This document shows positions 12,757 through 27,672 of a DNA stretch of 64,000 nucleotides, piece by piece. The translations under genes and the position numbers were made by a program. Positions within the stretch are counted from its first letter, which is position 1; each line of letters starts with the position of its first letter. The stretch comes from Eledone cirrhosa. Lineage: Eukaryota. The stretch spans positions 42,098,001-42,162,000 of the forward strand of contig OZ024745.1 of assembly GCA_964016885.1 (NCBI GenBank), read 5' to 3'. The notes below the pieces were generated by a model. The model was not told where the DNA came from. It saw only the letters and a program-made list of their open reading frames with translations, and did no database searches.

Positions 12757-12941
12757 TACGAGGGTCGGGTGAAAAGTTTATAGGCTGAAAAGTTTATAGG
12801 CTGACCAACATACTCTCATGGAATGAACAGATGAAATTTATTTTTCAACATAGTCCCTGAAAAGAAACAATGCAGTTGAAGAGTTGAAATGACCTGTGTT
12901 CAGAAATAGTCAGCTTACCAACTATTCAACCGTCCTTCATA
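12757..12941. mobile_element. Tc1/mariner-derived non-autonomous element
   Basis: Left end TAcgagggtcgggtgaaaagtttataggctga, right end reverse complement TAtgaaggacggttgaatagttggtaagctga (about 75% match). TA at both ends and an internal tandem duplication of tgaaaagtttataggc. Confidence 0.7.
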
Positions 12942-13071
12942 CACATATATTAAACTAATAGACCAGTGTCATCAATAATGACAGTAATACCGTTAAACAT
13001 ACTTAATTTTTTGAGTTCATGATTGGTATGCCATGTCCAGAATTAACGAATATGGACAAATATACACACCT

Positions 13072-13310
13072 CAGGTCTGAGTACAGTCGATTTCTTCCAC
13101 TGAATGTGAAAGAGTGATAGAGAGGAAGTGAGAGACAAGTATAGAAGAAGAATCGAACACAGTACATGTGGACTGGTGCATTTTTATCGTCCACGAAATG
13201 ATGAAAGGACAAATTGTCAGGCGGGATTTGAACTCAGAGCACAGAGAGCCGAGATAAATATCGGATATTATTATATTTGGGGTTCTAACGACCGTGTCAA
13301 TTCACCGCCT
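13072..13310 (-). mobile_element. tRNA-SINE copy with an alternative 3' tail
   Basis: Has gcgggatttgaactcagag, the gatgaaagg central domain and head end ttcaccgcct. The tail is shared with 6725-6920. Confidence 0.7.
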
Positions 13311-13599
13311 ATTAAAATTGAAGTATCTTACCATAAAAAAACAATAGAATCTCTATGACTTAAATCTAGAGCCGAAATATATAAACATCTATTAACTTCG
13401 AAATATCCATGAAGAAATTCCTTAGAAATCTGTACAAAGAATTTAGATTTTCTAATCTCCCGTGTACTTTGATTGAAACGAATTTATTTACTGAAGAATG
13501 CAGGCAATTTGTTTATAGCGTTGTATCGGGATTTTCAACATAAGTACTGTTAACGGATATTTGTTTTGATTATTTCTTAAGAGTTTTATATATGTATTA

Positions 13600-13796
<197 letters not shown>

Positions 13797-16700
13797 GAGA
13801 GGCAAAGTTAACCTTAAAGACAGAAAAAAAGACAGAAACAGAGATTTGGATGTGCAAACACGACGGGGGTGATGGAAGCCATGAATTTAACATAATACAG
13901 TGCAAAGTGACTCCTGGCTTCAGTGAACTGTAGTCTAACCATTGTTGCAGATGACTAGATGACTAGGCAATAGAATGCAGAGTGACTCCTGGCTTCTGTG
14001 AACTATAGTCTCGCATTATTGCAGATGACTAGATGACTAGGCAATAGAATGCAGAGTGACTCCTGGCTTCAGTGAACTATAGTCTCACCTTATTGCAGAT
14101 GACTAGATGACTAGGCAATAGAATGCAGAGTGAGTCCTGGCTTCAGTGAACTATAGTCTCACCTTATTGCAGATGACTAGATGACTAGGCAATAGAATGC
14201 AGAGTGACTCCTGGCTTCTGTGAACTATAGTCTCACCTTATTGCAGATGACTAGATGACTAGGCAATAGAATGCAGAGTGACTACTGGCTTCTGTGAAGT
14301 ATAGTCTCGCATTATTGCAGATGACTAGATGACTAGGCAATAGAATGCAGAGTGACTCCTGGCTTCTGTGAACTATAGTCTCGCATTATTGCAGATGACT
14401 AGATGACTAGGCAATAGAATGCAGAGTGACTACTGGCTTCTGTGAAGTATAGTCTCACCTTATTGCAGATGACTAGATGACTAGGCAATAGAATGCAGAG
14501 TGAGTCCTGGCTTCAGTGAACTATAGTCTCACCTTATTGCAGATGACTAGATGACTAGGCAATAGAATGCAGAGTGACTCCTGGCTTCTGTGAACTATAG
14601 TCTCGCATTATTGCAGATGACTAGATGACTAGGCAATAGAATGCAGAGTGACTACTGGCTTCTGTGAAGTATAGTCTCACCTTATTGCAGATGACTAGAT
14701 GACTAGGCAATAGAATGCAGAGTGAGTCCTGGCTTCAGTGAACTATAGTCTCACCTTATTGCAGATGACTAGATGACTAGGCAATAGAATGCAGAGTGAC
14801 TCCTGGCTTCTGTGAACTATAGTCTCGCATTATTGCAGATGACTAGATGACTAGGCAATAGAATGCAGAGTGACTCCTGGCTTCAGTGAACTATAGTCTC
14901 ACCTTATTGCAGATGACTAGATGACTAGGCAATAGAATGCAGAGTGACTCCTGGCTTCAGTGAACTATAGTCTCACCTTATTGCAGATGACTAGATGACT
15001 AGGCAATAGAATGCAGAGTGACTCCTGGCTTCAGTGAACTATAGTCTAACCATTGTTGCAGATGACTAGATGACTAGGCAATAGAATGCAGAGTGACTAC
15101 TGGCTTCTGTGAAGTATAGTCTAACCATTGTTGCAGATGACAAGATGACTAGGCAATAGAATGCAGAGTGACTACTGGCTTCTGTGAAGTATAGTCTAAC
15201 CATTGTTACAGATGACTAGATGACTAGGCAATAGAATGCAGAGTGACTACTGGCTTCTGTGAAGTATAGTCTAACCATTGTTACAGATGACTAGATGACT
15301 AGCCAATAGAATGCAGAGTGACTACTGGCTTCTGTGAAGTATAGTCTAACCATTGTTACAGATGACTAGATGACTAGGCAATAGAATGCAGAGTGACTAC
15401 TGGCTTCTGTGAAGTATAGTCCAACCATTGTTGCAGATGACTAGATGACTAGGCAATAGATTGCAGAGTGACTCCGGGCTTCAGTGAACTATAGTCTCAC
15501 CTTATTGCAGATGACTAGATGACTAGGCAATAGAATGCAGAGTGACTCCTGGCTTCAGTGAACTATAGTCTAACCATTGTTGCAGATGACTAGATGACTA
15601 GGCAATAGAATGCAGAGTGACTACTGGCTTCTGTGAAGTATAGTCTAACCATTGTTGCAGATGACTAGATGACTAGGCAATAGAATGCAGAGTGACTACT
15701 GGCTTCTGTGAAGTATAGTCTAACCATTGTTACAGATGACTAGATGACTAGGCAATAGAATGCAGAGTGACTACTGGCTTCTGTGAAGTATAGTCTAACC
15801 ATTGTTACAGATGACTAGATGACTAGGCAATAGAATGCAGAGTGACTACTGGCTTCTGTGAAGTATAGTCTAACCATTGTTACAGATGACTAGATGACTA
15901 GGCAATAGAATGCAGAGTGACTACTGGCTTCTGTGAAGTATAGTCTAACCATTGTTGCAGATGACTAGATGACTAGGCAATAGATTGCAGAGTGACTCCG
16001 GGCTTCAGTGAACTATAGTCTCACCTTATTGCAGATGACTAGATGACTAGGCAATAGAATGCAGAGTGACTCCTGGCTTCGGTGAAGTATAGTCTAACCA
16101 TTGTTGCAGATGACTAGATGACTAGGCAATAGATTGCAGAGTGACTCCGGGCTTCAGTGAACTATAGTCTCACCTTATTGCAGATGACTAGATGACTAGG
16201 CAATAAAATGCAGAGTGACTACTGGCTTCTGTGAAGTATAGTCTAACCATTGTTGCAGATGACTAGATGACTAGGCAATAGATTGCAGAGTGACTCCGGG
16301 CTTCAGTGAACTATAGTCTCACCTTATTGCAGATGACTAGATGACTAGGCAATAGAATGCAGAGTGACTACTGGCTTCGGTCAGCTATAGTCTCACCTTA
16401 TTGCAGATGACTTGAAGACTAGGCAATAGAATGCAGAGTAACTCCTGGCTTCAGTGAAGTATAGTCTCACCTTATTGCAGATGACTAGATGACTAGGCAA
16501 TAGAATGCAGAGTGACTCCTGGCTTCAGTGAACTATAGTCTCACCTTATTGCAGATGACTAGATGACTAGGCAATAGAATGCAGAGTGACTACTGGCTTC
16601 TGTGAAGTATAGTCTAACCATTGTTGCAGATGACTAGTTGACTAGGCAATAGAATGCAGAGTGACTCCTGGCTTCAGTGAACTATAGTCTCACCTTATTG

Positions 16701-19700
16701 CAGATGACTAGATGACAAGGCAATAGAATGCAGAGTGACTCCTGGCTTCTGTGAACTATAGTCTCACATTATTGCAGATGACTAGATGGCTAGCCAATAG
16801 AATACAGAGTGACTCCTGGCTTCGATCAATTATAGTCTCACCTTATTGCAGATGACTTGATGACTAGGCAATAGAATGCAGAGTAACTCCTGGCTTCAGT
16901 GAACTATAGTCTAACCATTGTTGCAGATGACTAGATGACTAGGCAATAGAATGCAGAGTGACTCCTGGCTTCAGTGAACTATACTCTCACCCTGTTGCAG
17001 ATGACTAGGTAACTAGACAAAGGAAGGCAGAGTGACTCCTGGCTTCAGTGAACTATAGTCTCACCTTATTGCAGATGACTAGATGACTAGGCAATAGAAT
17101 GCAGAGCGACTCCTGGCTTCAGTGAAATATAGTCTCACATTATTGCAGATGATTAGATGACTAGCCAATAGAATAGAGAGTGACTCCTGGCTTCAATCAA
17201 ATATAGTCTCACCTTATTGCAGATGACTTGATGACCAGGCAATAGAATGCAGAGTAACTCCTGGCTTCAGTGAAGTATAGTCTCACTTGATTGCAGATGA
17301 CTAGATGACTAGGCAATAGAATGCAGAGTGACTCCTGGCTTCCGTGAACTATAGTCTCACCTTATTGCAGATGACTAGATAACTAGACAAAGGAAGGCAG
17401 AGTGACTCCTGGCTTCAGTGAACTATAGTCTCACCTTATTGCAGATGACTAGATGACCAGGCAATAGAATGCAGAGTGACTCCTGGCTTCTGTGAACTAT
17501 AGTCTAACCATTGTTGCAGAAGACTAGATGACTAGGCAATAGAATGCAGAGTGACTCCTGGCTTCTGTGAACTATAGTCTCACCTTATTGCAGATGACTA
17601 GATGACTAGGCAATAGAATGCAGAGTGACTCCTGGCTTCTGTGAACTATAGTCTAACCATTGTTGCAGATGACTAGATGACTGGGCAATAGAATGCAGAG
17701 TGACTCCTGGCTTCAGTGAAGTATGATCTCACATTATTGCAGATAACTAGATGACAAGCCAATAGAATACAGAGTGACTCCTGACTTCGGTCACCTATAG
17801 TCTCACCTCATTGCAGATGACTTGAAGACTAGGCAATAGAATGCAGAGTAACTCCTGGCTTCAGTGAAGTATAGTCTCACTTTATTGCAGATGACTAGAT
17901 GACTAGGCAATAGAATGCAGAGTGATTCCTGGCTTCAGTGAACTATAGTCTCACCTTATTGCAGATGACTAGATAACTAGACAAAGGAATACAGAGTGAG
18001 TCCTGGCTTCAGTGAACTATAGTCTCACCTTATTGCAGATGACTAGATGACCAGGCAATAGAATGCAGAGTGACTCCTGGCTTCTGTGAACTATAGTCTA
18101 ACCATTGTTGCAGATGACTAGATACTAGGCAATAGAATGCAGAGTGACTCCAGGTTTCAGTGAACTATAGTCTCACCTTGTTGCAGATGACTAGATGACT
18201 AGGAAATAGAATGCAGAGTGACTCCTGGCTTCAGTGAACTATAGTCTAACCATTGTTGCAGATGACTAGATGACTAGGCAATAGAATGCAGAGTGACTCC
18301 TGGCTTCAGTGAACTATAGTCTCACCTTGTTGCAGATGACTAGATGACTAGCCAATAGAATACAGAGTGACTCCTGGCTTCGATCAAATATAGTCTCACC
18401 TTATTGCAGATGACTAGGTGACTAGGCAATAGAATGCAGAGTGACTCCTGGCTTCAGTGAAATATAGTCTCACATTATTGCAGATGAATAGATGACTAGC
18501 CAATAGAATACAGAGTGACTCCTGGCTTCGATCAAATATAGTCTCACCTTATTGCAGATGACTTGATGACTAGGCAATAGAATGCAGAGTAACTCCTGGC
18601 TTCAGTGAAGTATAGTCTCACTTTATTGCAGATGACTAGATGACTAGGCAATAGAATGCAGAGTGACTCCTGGCTTCAGTGAACTATAGTCTCACCTTAT
18701 TGCAGATGACTAGATAACTAGAGAAAGGAAGGCAGAGTGACTCCTGGCTTCAGTGAATTATCGTCTCACCTTATTGCAGATGACTAGATGACCAGTCAGT
18801 AGAATGCAGAGTGAATCCTGGCTTCTGTGAACTATAGTCTAACCATTGTTGCAGATGACTAGATGACTAGGCAATAGAATGCAGAGTGATTCCTGGCTTC
18901 AGTGAACTATAGTCTCACCTTATTGCAGATGACTAGATGACTAGCCAATAGAATACAGAGTGACTCCTGGCTTCGGTCAACTATAGTCTCACCTTATTGC
19001 AGATGACTTGATGACTAGGCAATAGAATGCAGAGTGACTGCTGGCTTCAGTGAAGTATAGTCTCACCTTATTTCAGTTGACTACATGACTAGGCAATAGA
19101 ATGCAGAGTGACTCCTGGCTTCGGAGAAGTATAGTCTCACTTTATTGCAGATGACTAGATGACTAGGCAATAGGATGCAGAGTGACTCCTGGCTTCAGTG
19201 AACTATAGTCTCACCTTATTACAGATGACTACATGACTAGGCAATAGAATGCAGAGTGACTCCTGGCTTCAGTGAAATATAGTCTCACATTATTGCAGAT
19301 GACTAGATGACTAGGCAATAGAATGCAGAGTGACTCCTGATTTCAGTGAACTATAGTCTAACCATTGTTGCAGATGACTAGATGACTGGGCAATAGAATG
19401 CAGAGTGACTCCTGGCTTTTGTGAACTATAGTCTAACCATTGTTGCAGATGACTAGATGACTAGGCAATAGAATGCAGAGTGACTCCTGGCTTCAGTGAA
19501 CTATAGTCTCACCTTGTTGCAGATGATTAGATAACTAGACAAAGGAAGGCAGAGTCACTCCTGGCTTCAGTGAACTATAGTCTCACCTTATTGCAGATGA
19601 CTAGATGACTAGGCAATAGAATTCAGAGTGACCCCTGGCTTCAGTGAAATATAGTCTCACATTATTGCAGATGACTAGATGACTAGCCAATAGAATTCAG

Positions 19701-22700
19701 AGTGACTCCTGGCTTCGATCAAATATAGTCTCACCTTATTGCAGATGACTTGATGACTAGGCAATAGAATGCAGAGTAACTCCTGGCTTCAGTGAAGTAT
19801 AGTCTCACTTTATTGCAGATGACTAGATGACTAGGCAATAGAATGCAGAGTGACTCCTGGTTTCAGTGAACTATAGTCTCACCTTATTGCAGTACTACAT
19901 GACTAGGCAATAGAATGCAGAGTGACTCCTCGCTTCAGTGAACTATAGTCTCACCTTATTGCAGATGACTAGATGACTAGGTAATAGAATGCAGAGTGGC
20001 TCCTGGCTTCAGTGAACTATAGTCTAACCATTGTTGCAGATGACTAGATGACTAGCCAATAGAATACAGAGTGACTCCTGGCTTCGATCAAATATAGTCT
20101 CACCTTATTGCAGATGACTCGATGACTAGGCAATAGAATGCAGAGTAACTCCTGGCTTCAGTGAAGTATAGTCTCACTTTATTGAAGATGACTAGATGAC
20201 TAGGCAATAGAATGCAGAATGACTCCTGGTTTCAGTGAACTATAGTCTCACGTTATTGCAGATGACTACATGACTAGGCAATAGAATGCAGAGTGACTCC
20301 TGGCTTCAGTGAACTATAGTCTCACCTTATTGCAGATGACTTGATGACTAGGCAATAGAATGCAGACTGACTCCTGGCTTCAGTGAAGTATAGTCTCACC
20401 TTATTTCAGATGACTATATGACTAGGCAATAGAATGCAGAGTGACTCCTGGCTTCGGTGAAGTATAGTCTCACCTTATTGCAGATGACTAGATGACTAGG
20501 CAATAGAATGCAGAGTGACTCCTGGCTTCAGTGAACTATAGTCTAACCATTGTTGCAGATGACTAGATGACTAGGCAAAAATTCAGAGTGACTCCTGGCT
20601 TCAGTGAACTATAGTCTAACCATTGTTGCAGATGACTAGATGACTAGGCAATAGAATGCAGAGTGACTCCTGGCTTCAGTGAACTATAGTCTCACCTTGT
20701 TGCAGATGACTAGATAACTAGACAAAGGAAGGCAGAATGACACCTGGCTTCAGTGAACTATAGTCTCACTTTATTGCAGATGACTAGATGACTAGGCAAT
20801 AGAATGCAGAGTGACTCCTGGCTTCAGTGAAATATAGTCTCACGTTATTGCAGATGACTAGATGACTAGCCAATAGAATACAGAGTGACTCCTGGCTTCG
20901 ATCAAATATAGTCTCACCTTATTGCAGATGACTTGATGACTAGGCAATAGAATGCAGAGTAACTCCTGGCTTCAGTGAAGTATAGTCTCACTTTATTGCA
21001 GATGACTAGATGACTAGGCAATAGAATGCAGAGTGACTCCTGGCTTCAGTGAACTATAGTCTCACCTTATTGCAGATGACTACATGACTAGGCAATAGAA
21101 TGCAGAGTGACTCCTGGCTTCAGTGAACTATAGTCTCACCTTATTGCAGATGACTAGATGACTAGGTAATAGAATGCAGAGTGGCTCCTGGCTTCAGTGA
21201 ACTATAGTCTAACCATTGTTGCAGATGACTAGATGACTAGGCAATAGAATGCAGGGTGACTCCTGGCTTCAGTGAACTATAGTCTCACCTTGTTGCAGAT
21301 GACTAGATAAATAGACAAAGGAAGGCAGAGTGACTCCTGGCTTCAGTGAACTATAGTCTCACCTTATTGCAGATGACTAGATGACTAGGCAATAGAATTC
21401 AGAGTGACTCTTGGCTTCAGTGAAATATAGTCTCATGTTATTGCAGATGACTAGATGACTAGCCAATAGAATACAGAGTGACTCATGGCTTCGATCAAAT
21501 ATAGTCTCACCTTATTGCAGATGACTTGATGACTAGGCAATAGAATGCAGAGTAAATCCTGGCTTCAGTGAAGTATAGTCTCACTTTATTGCAGATGAGT
21601 AGATGACTAGGCAATAGAATGCAGAGTGACTCCTGGCTTCAGTGAACTATAGTCTCACCTTATTGCAGATGACTAGATAACTAGACAAAGGAAGGCAGAG
21701 TGACTCCTGGCTTCAGTGAATTATCGTCTCACCTTATTGCATATGACTAGATGACCAGGCAGTAGAATGCAGATGACTCCTGGCTTCTGTGAACTATAGT
21801 CTAACCATTGTTGCAGATGAATAGATGACTAGGCAATAGAATGCAGAGTGACTCCTGGCTTCAGTGAAGTATAGTCTCACCTTATTGCAGATGACTACAT
21901 GACTAGGCAATAGAATGCAGAGTGACTCCTGGCTTCAGTGAACTATAGTCTCACCTTATTGCAGATGACTAGATGACTAGGCAATAGAATGCAGAGTGAC
22001 TCCTGATTTCAGTGAACTATAGTCTAACCATTGTTGCAGATGACTAGATGACTGGGCAATAGAATGCAGAGTGACTCCTGGCTTTTGTGAACTATAGTCT
22101 AACCATTGTTGCAGATGACAAGATGACTAGGCATTAGATTGCAGAGAGACTCCTGGCTTCAGTGAACTATAGTCTAGCCATTGTTGCAGATGACTAGATG
22201 ACTAGGCAATAGAATGCAGAGTGACTCCTGGCTTCAGTGAACTATAGTCTCACCTTATTGCAGATGACTACATGACTAGGCAATAGAATGCAGAGTGACT
22301 CCTGGCTTCAGTGAACTATAGTCTCACCTTATTGCAGATGACTAGATGACTAGGTAATAGAATGCAGAGTGACTCCTGGCTTCAGTGAACTATAGTCTAA
22401 CCATTGTTGCAGATGACTAGATGACTAGGCAATAGAATGCAGAGTGACTCCTGGCTTCAGTGAACTATAGTCTCACCTTATTGCAGATGATTAGATGACT
22501 AGGCAATAGGATGCAGAGTGACTCCTGGCTTCAGTGAACTATAGTCTCACCTTATTGCAGATGACTAGATGACTAGGCAAAAGAATGCAGAGTTACTCCT
22601 GATTTCAGTGAACTATAGTCTAACCATTGTTGCAGATGACTACATGACAGGGCAATGGAATGCAGAGTGACTCCTGGCTTCTGTGAACTATAGTCTAACC

Positions 22701-23680
22701 ATTGTTGCAGATGACTAGATGACTAGGCATTAGATTGCAGAGTGACTCCGGGTTTCAGGGTACTATAGGCTCATCTTATTGCAGATGACTAGATGACTAC
22801 GCAATAGAATACAGAGTGACTCCTGGCTTCTGTGAACTATAGTCTAACCATTGTTGCAGATGACTAGATGACTAGGCAATAGATTACAGAGTGACTCCAG
22901 TTTCAGTGAACTATAGTCTCACCTTATTGCAGATGACTAGATGACTAGGCAATAGAATGCAGAGTGACTCCTGGCTTCTGTGAACTATAGTCTAACCATT
23001 GTTGCAGATGACTAGATGACTGGCCAATAGAAAGCAGAGTGACTCCTGGCTTCAGTGAAATATGGTCTCACATTATTGCAGATGACTACATGACAAGCCA
23101 ATAGAATACAGAGTGACTCCTGACTTCGGTCAGCTATAGTCTCACCTTATTGCAGATGACTTGAAGACTAGGCAATAGAATGCAGAGTAACTCCTGGCTT
23201 CAGTGAAGTATAGTCTCACTTTATTGCAGACGACTAGATGACTAGGCAATAGAATGTAGAGTGACTCCTGGCTTCAGTGAACTATAGTCTCACCTTATTG
23301 CAGATGACTAGATAACTAGACAAAGGAATGCAGAGTGACTCCTGGCTTCAGTGAACTATAGTCTCACCTTATTGCAGATGACTAGATGACATGGCAATAG
23401 AATGCAGAGTGACTCCTGGCTTCTGTGAACTATAGTCTCACCTTATTGCAGATGACTAGATGACTAGGCAATAGAACACAGAGTGACTCCTGGCTTCAGT
23501 GAACTATAGTCTCACCTTATTGCAGATGACTAGATGACTAGGCAATAGAATGCAGAGTGACTCCTGGCTTCTGTGAACTATAGTCTCACCATTGTTGCAG
23601 ATGACTAGATGACTGGCCAATAGAATGCAGAGTGACTCCTGGCTTCAGTGAAATATGGTCTCACATTATTGCAGATGACT

Positions 23681-26600
23681 ACATGACAAGCCAATAGAAT
23701 ACAGAGTGACTCCTGGCTTCGGTCAGCTATAGTCTCACCTTATTGCAGATGACTTGAAGACTAGGCAATAGAATGCAGAGTAACTCCTGGCTTCAGTGAA
23801 GTATAGTCTCACTTTATTGCAGATGACTAGATGACTAGGCAATAGAATGTAGAGTGACTCCTGGCTTCAGTGAACTATAGTCTCACCTTATTGCAGATGA
23901 CTAGATAACTAGACAAAGGAATGCAGAGTGACTCCTGGCTTCAGTGAACTATAGTCTCACCTTATTGCAGATGACTAGATGACATGGCAATAGAATGCAG
24001 AGTGACTCCTGGCTTCTGTGAACTATAGTCTCAACTTATTGCAGATGACTAGATGACTAGGCAATAGAACACAGAGTGACCCCTGGCTTCAGTGAACTAT
24101 AGTCTAACCATTGTTGCAGATGACTAGATGACTAGGCAATAGAATGCAGAGTGACTCCTGGCTTCAGTGAACTATAGTCTCACCTTATTGCAGAGGACTA
24201 TATGACTAGGCAATAGAATGCAGAGTGACTCCTGGCTTCAGTGAACTATAGTCTCTCCTTATTGCAGATGACTAGATGACTAGGCAAAAGAATGCAGAGT
24301 GACTCCTGATTTCAGTGAACTATAGTCTAACCATTGTTGCAGATGACTACATGACTGGGCAATAGAATGCAGAGTGACTCCTGCCTTCTGTGAACTATAG
24401 TCTAACCATTGTTGCAGATGACTAGATGACTAGGCATTAGATTGCAGAGTGAATCCGGGTTACAGGGAACTATAGGCTCATCTTATTGCAGATGACTAGA
24501 TGACTACGCAATAGAATGCAGAGTGACTCCTGGCTTCTGTGAACTATAGTCTAACCATTGTTGCAGATGACTAGATGACTAGGCAATAGATTACAGAGTG
24601 ACCCCAGTTTCAGTGAACTATAGTCTCACCTTGTTGCAGATGACTAGATAACTAGACAAAGGAAGGCAGAGTCACTCCTGGCTTCAGTGAACTATAGTCT
24701 CACCTTATTGCAGATGACTAGATGACTAGGCAATAGAATTCAGAGTGACTACTGGCTTCAGTGAAATATAGTCTCACATTATTGCAGATGACTAGCCAAT
24801 AGAATACAGAGTGACTCCTGGCTTCGATCAAATATAGTCTCACCTTATTGCAGATGACTTGATGACTAGGCAATAGAATGCAGAGTAACTCCTGGCTTCA
24901 GTGAAGTATAGTCTCACTTTATTGCAGATGACTAGATGACTAGGCAATAGAATGCAGAGTGACTCCTGGCTTCGGTGAAGTATAGTCTCACCTTATTGCA
25001 CATGACTAGATGACTAGGCAATAGAATGCAGAGTGACTCCTGGCTTCAGTGAACTATAGTTTCACCTTATTGCAGATGACTACATGAGAAGGCAATAGAA
25101 TGCAGAGTGACCCCTGGCTTCAGTGAACTATAGTCACACCTTATTGCAGATGACTACATGACTAGGCAATAGAATGCAGAGTGACTCCTGGCTTCAGTGA
25201 ACTATAAGTCTCACCTTATTGCAGATGACTAGATGACTAGGTAATAGAATGCAGAGTGACTCCTGGCTTCAGTGAACTATAGTCTAACCATTGTTGCAGA
25301 TGACTAGATGACTAGGCAATAGAATGCAGAGTGACTCCTGGCTTCAGTGAACTATAGTCTCACCTTATTGCAGATGATTAGATGACTAGGCAATAGGATG
25401 CAGAGTGACTCCTGGCTTCAGTGAACTATAGTCTCACCTTATTGCATATGACTACATGACTAGCCAATAGAATGCAGAGTGACTCCTGGCTTCAGTGAAC
25501 TATAGTCTCACCTTATTGCAGATGACTAGATGACTAGGTAATAGAATGCAGAGTGACTCCTGGCTTCAGTGAACTATAGTCTAACCATTGTTGCAGATGA
25601 CTAGATGACTAGGCAATAGAATGCAGAGTGACTCCTGGCTTCAGTGAACTATAGTCTCACCTTATTTCAGATGACTACATGACAAGCCAATAGAATACAG
25701 AGTGACTCCTGGCTTCGGTCAGCTATAGTCTCACCTTATTGCAGATGACTTGAAGACTAGGCAATAGAATGCAGAGTAACTCCTGGCTTCAGTGAAGTAT
25801 AGTCTCACTTTATTGCAGATGACTAGATGACTAGTCAATAGAATGTAGAGTGACTCCTGGCTTCAGTGAACTATAGTCTCACCTTATTGCAGATGACTAG
25901 ATAACTAGACAAAGGAATGCAGAGTGACTCCTGGCTTCAGTGAACTATAGTCTCACCTTATTGCAGATGACTAGATGACATGGCAATAGAATGCAGAGTG
26001 ACTCCTGGCTTCTGTGAACTATAGTCTCAACTTATTGCAGATGACTAGATGACTAGGCAATAGAACACAGAGTGACCCCTGGCTTCAGTGAACTATAGTC
26101 TAACCATTGTTGCAGATGACTAGATGACTAGGCAATAGAATGCAGAGTGACTCCTGGCTTCAGTGAACTATAGTCTCACCTTATTGCAGAGGACTATATG
26201 ACTAGGCAATAGAATGCAGAGTGACTCCTGGCTTCAGTGAACTATAGTCTCTCCTTATTGCAGATGACTAGATGACTAGGCAAAAGAATGCACAGTGACT
26301 CCTGATTTCAGTGAACTATAGTCTAACCATTGTTGCAGATGACTACATGACTGGGCAATAGAATGCAGAGTGACTCCTGCCTTCTGTGAACTATAGTCTA
26401 ACCATTGTTGCAGATGACTAGATGACTAGGCATTAGATTGCAGAGTGAATCCGGGTTTCAGGGAACTATAGGCTCATCTTATTGCAGATGACTAGATGAC
26501 TACGCAATAGAATGCAGAGTGACTCCTGGCTTCTGTGAACTATAGTCTAACCATTGTTGCAGATGACTAGATGACTAGGCAATAGATTACAGAGTGACCC

Positions 26601-27672
26601 CAGTTTCAGTGAACTATAGTCTCACCTTGTTGCAGATGACTAGATAACTAGACAAAGGAAGGCAGAGTCACTCCTGGCTTCAGTGAACTATAGTCTCATC
26701 TTATTGCAGATGACTAGATGACTAGGCAATAGAATTCAGAGTGACTACTGGCTTCAGTGAAATATAGTCTCACATTATTGCAGATGACTAGCCAATAGAA
26801 TACAGAGTGACTCCTGGCTTCGATCAAATATAGTCTCACCTTATTGCAGATGACTTGATGACTAGGCAATAGAATGCAGAGTAACTCCTGGCTTCAGTGA
26901 AGTATAGTCTCACTTTATTGCAGATGACTAGATGACTAGGCAATAGAATGCAGAGTGACTCCTGGCTTCGGTGAAGTATAGTCTCACCTTATTGCACATG
27001 ACTAGATGACTAGGCAATAGAATGCAGAGTGACTCCTGGCTTCAGTGAACTATAGTCTCACCTTATTGCAGATGACTACATGAGAAGGCAATAGAATGCA
27101 GAGTGACCCCTGGCTTCAGTGAACTATAGTCACACCTTATTGCAGATGACTACATGACTAGGCAATAGAATGCAGAGTGACTCCTGGCTTCAGTGAACTA
27201 TAAGTCTCACCTTATTGCAGATGACTAGATGACTAGGTAATAGAATGCAGAGTGACTCCTGGCTTCAGTGAACTATAGTCTAACCATTGTTGCAGATGAC
27301 TAGATGACTAGGCAATAGAATGCAGAGTGACTCCTGGCTTCAGTGAACTATAGTCTCACCTTATTGCAGATGATTAGATGACTAGGCAATAGGATGCAGA
27401 GTGACTCCTGGCTTCAGTGAACTATAGTCTCACCTTATTGCATATGACTACATGACTAGCCAATAGAATGCAGAGTGACTCCTGGCTTCAGTGAACTATA
27501 GTCTCACCTTATTGCAGATGACTAGATGACTAGGTAATAGAATGCAGAGTGACTCCTGGCTTCAGTGAACTATAGTCTAACCATTGTTGCAGATGACTAG
27601 ATGACTAGGCAATAGAATGCAGAGTGACTCCTGGCTTCAGTGAACTATAGTCTCACCTTATTTCAGATGACT
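23681..27672. repeat. Tandem higher-order duplication, 2 x 1996 bp (~27 monomers)
   Basis: Rare marker actataagt lies at 25201 and 27197, and the 66-bp short monomer recurs at the same offset. Confidence 0.9.

Noticed and set aside
13856-13882. Mariner TIR-like word (acgacgggggtgatggaag) just before the array, and a similar one near 7081
   Set aside because: Too short and mismatched, with no partner TIR, to link the satellite to a transposon end
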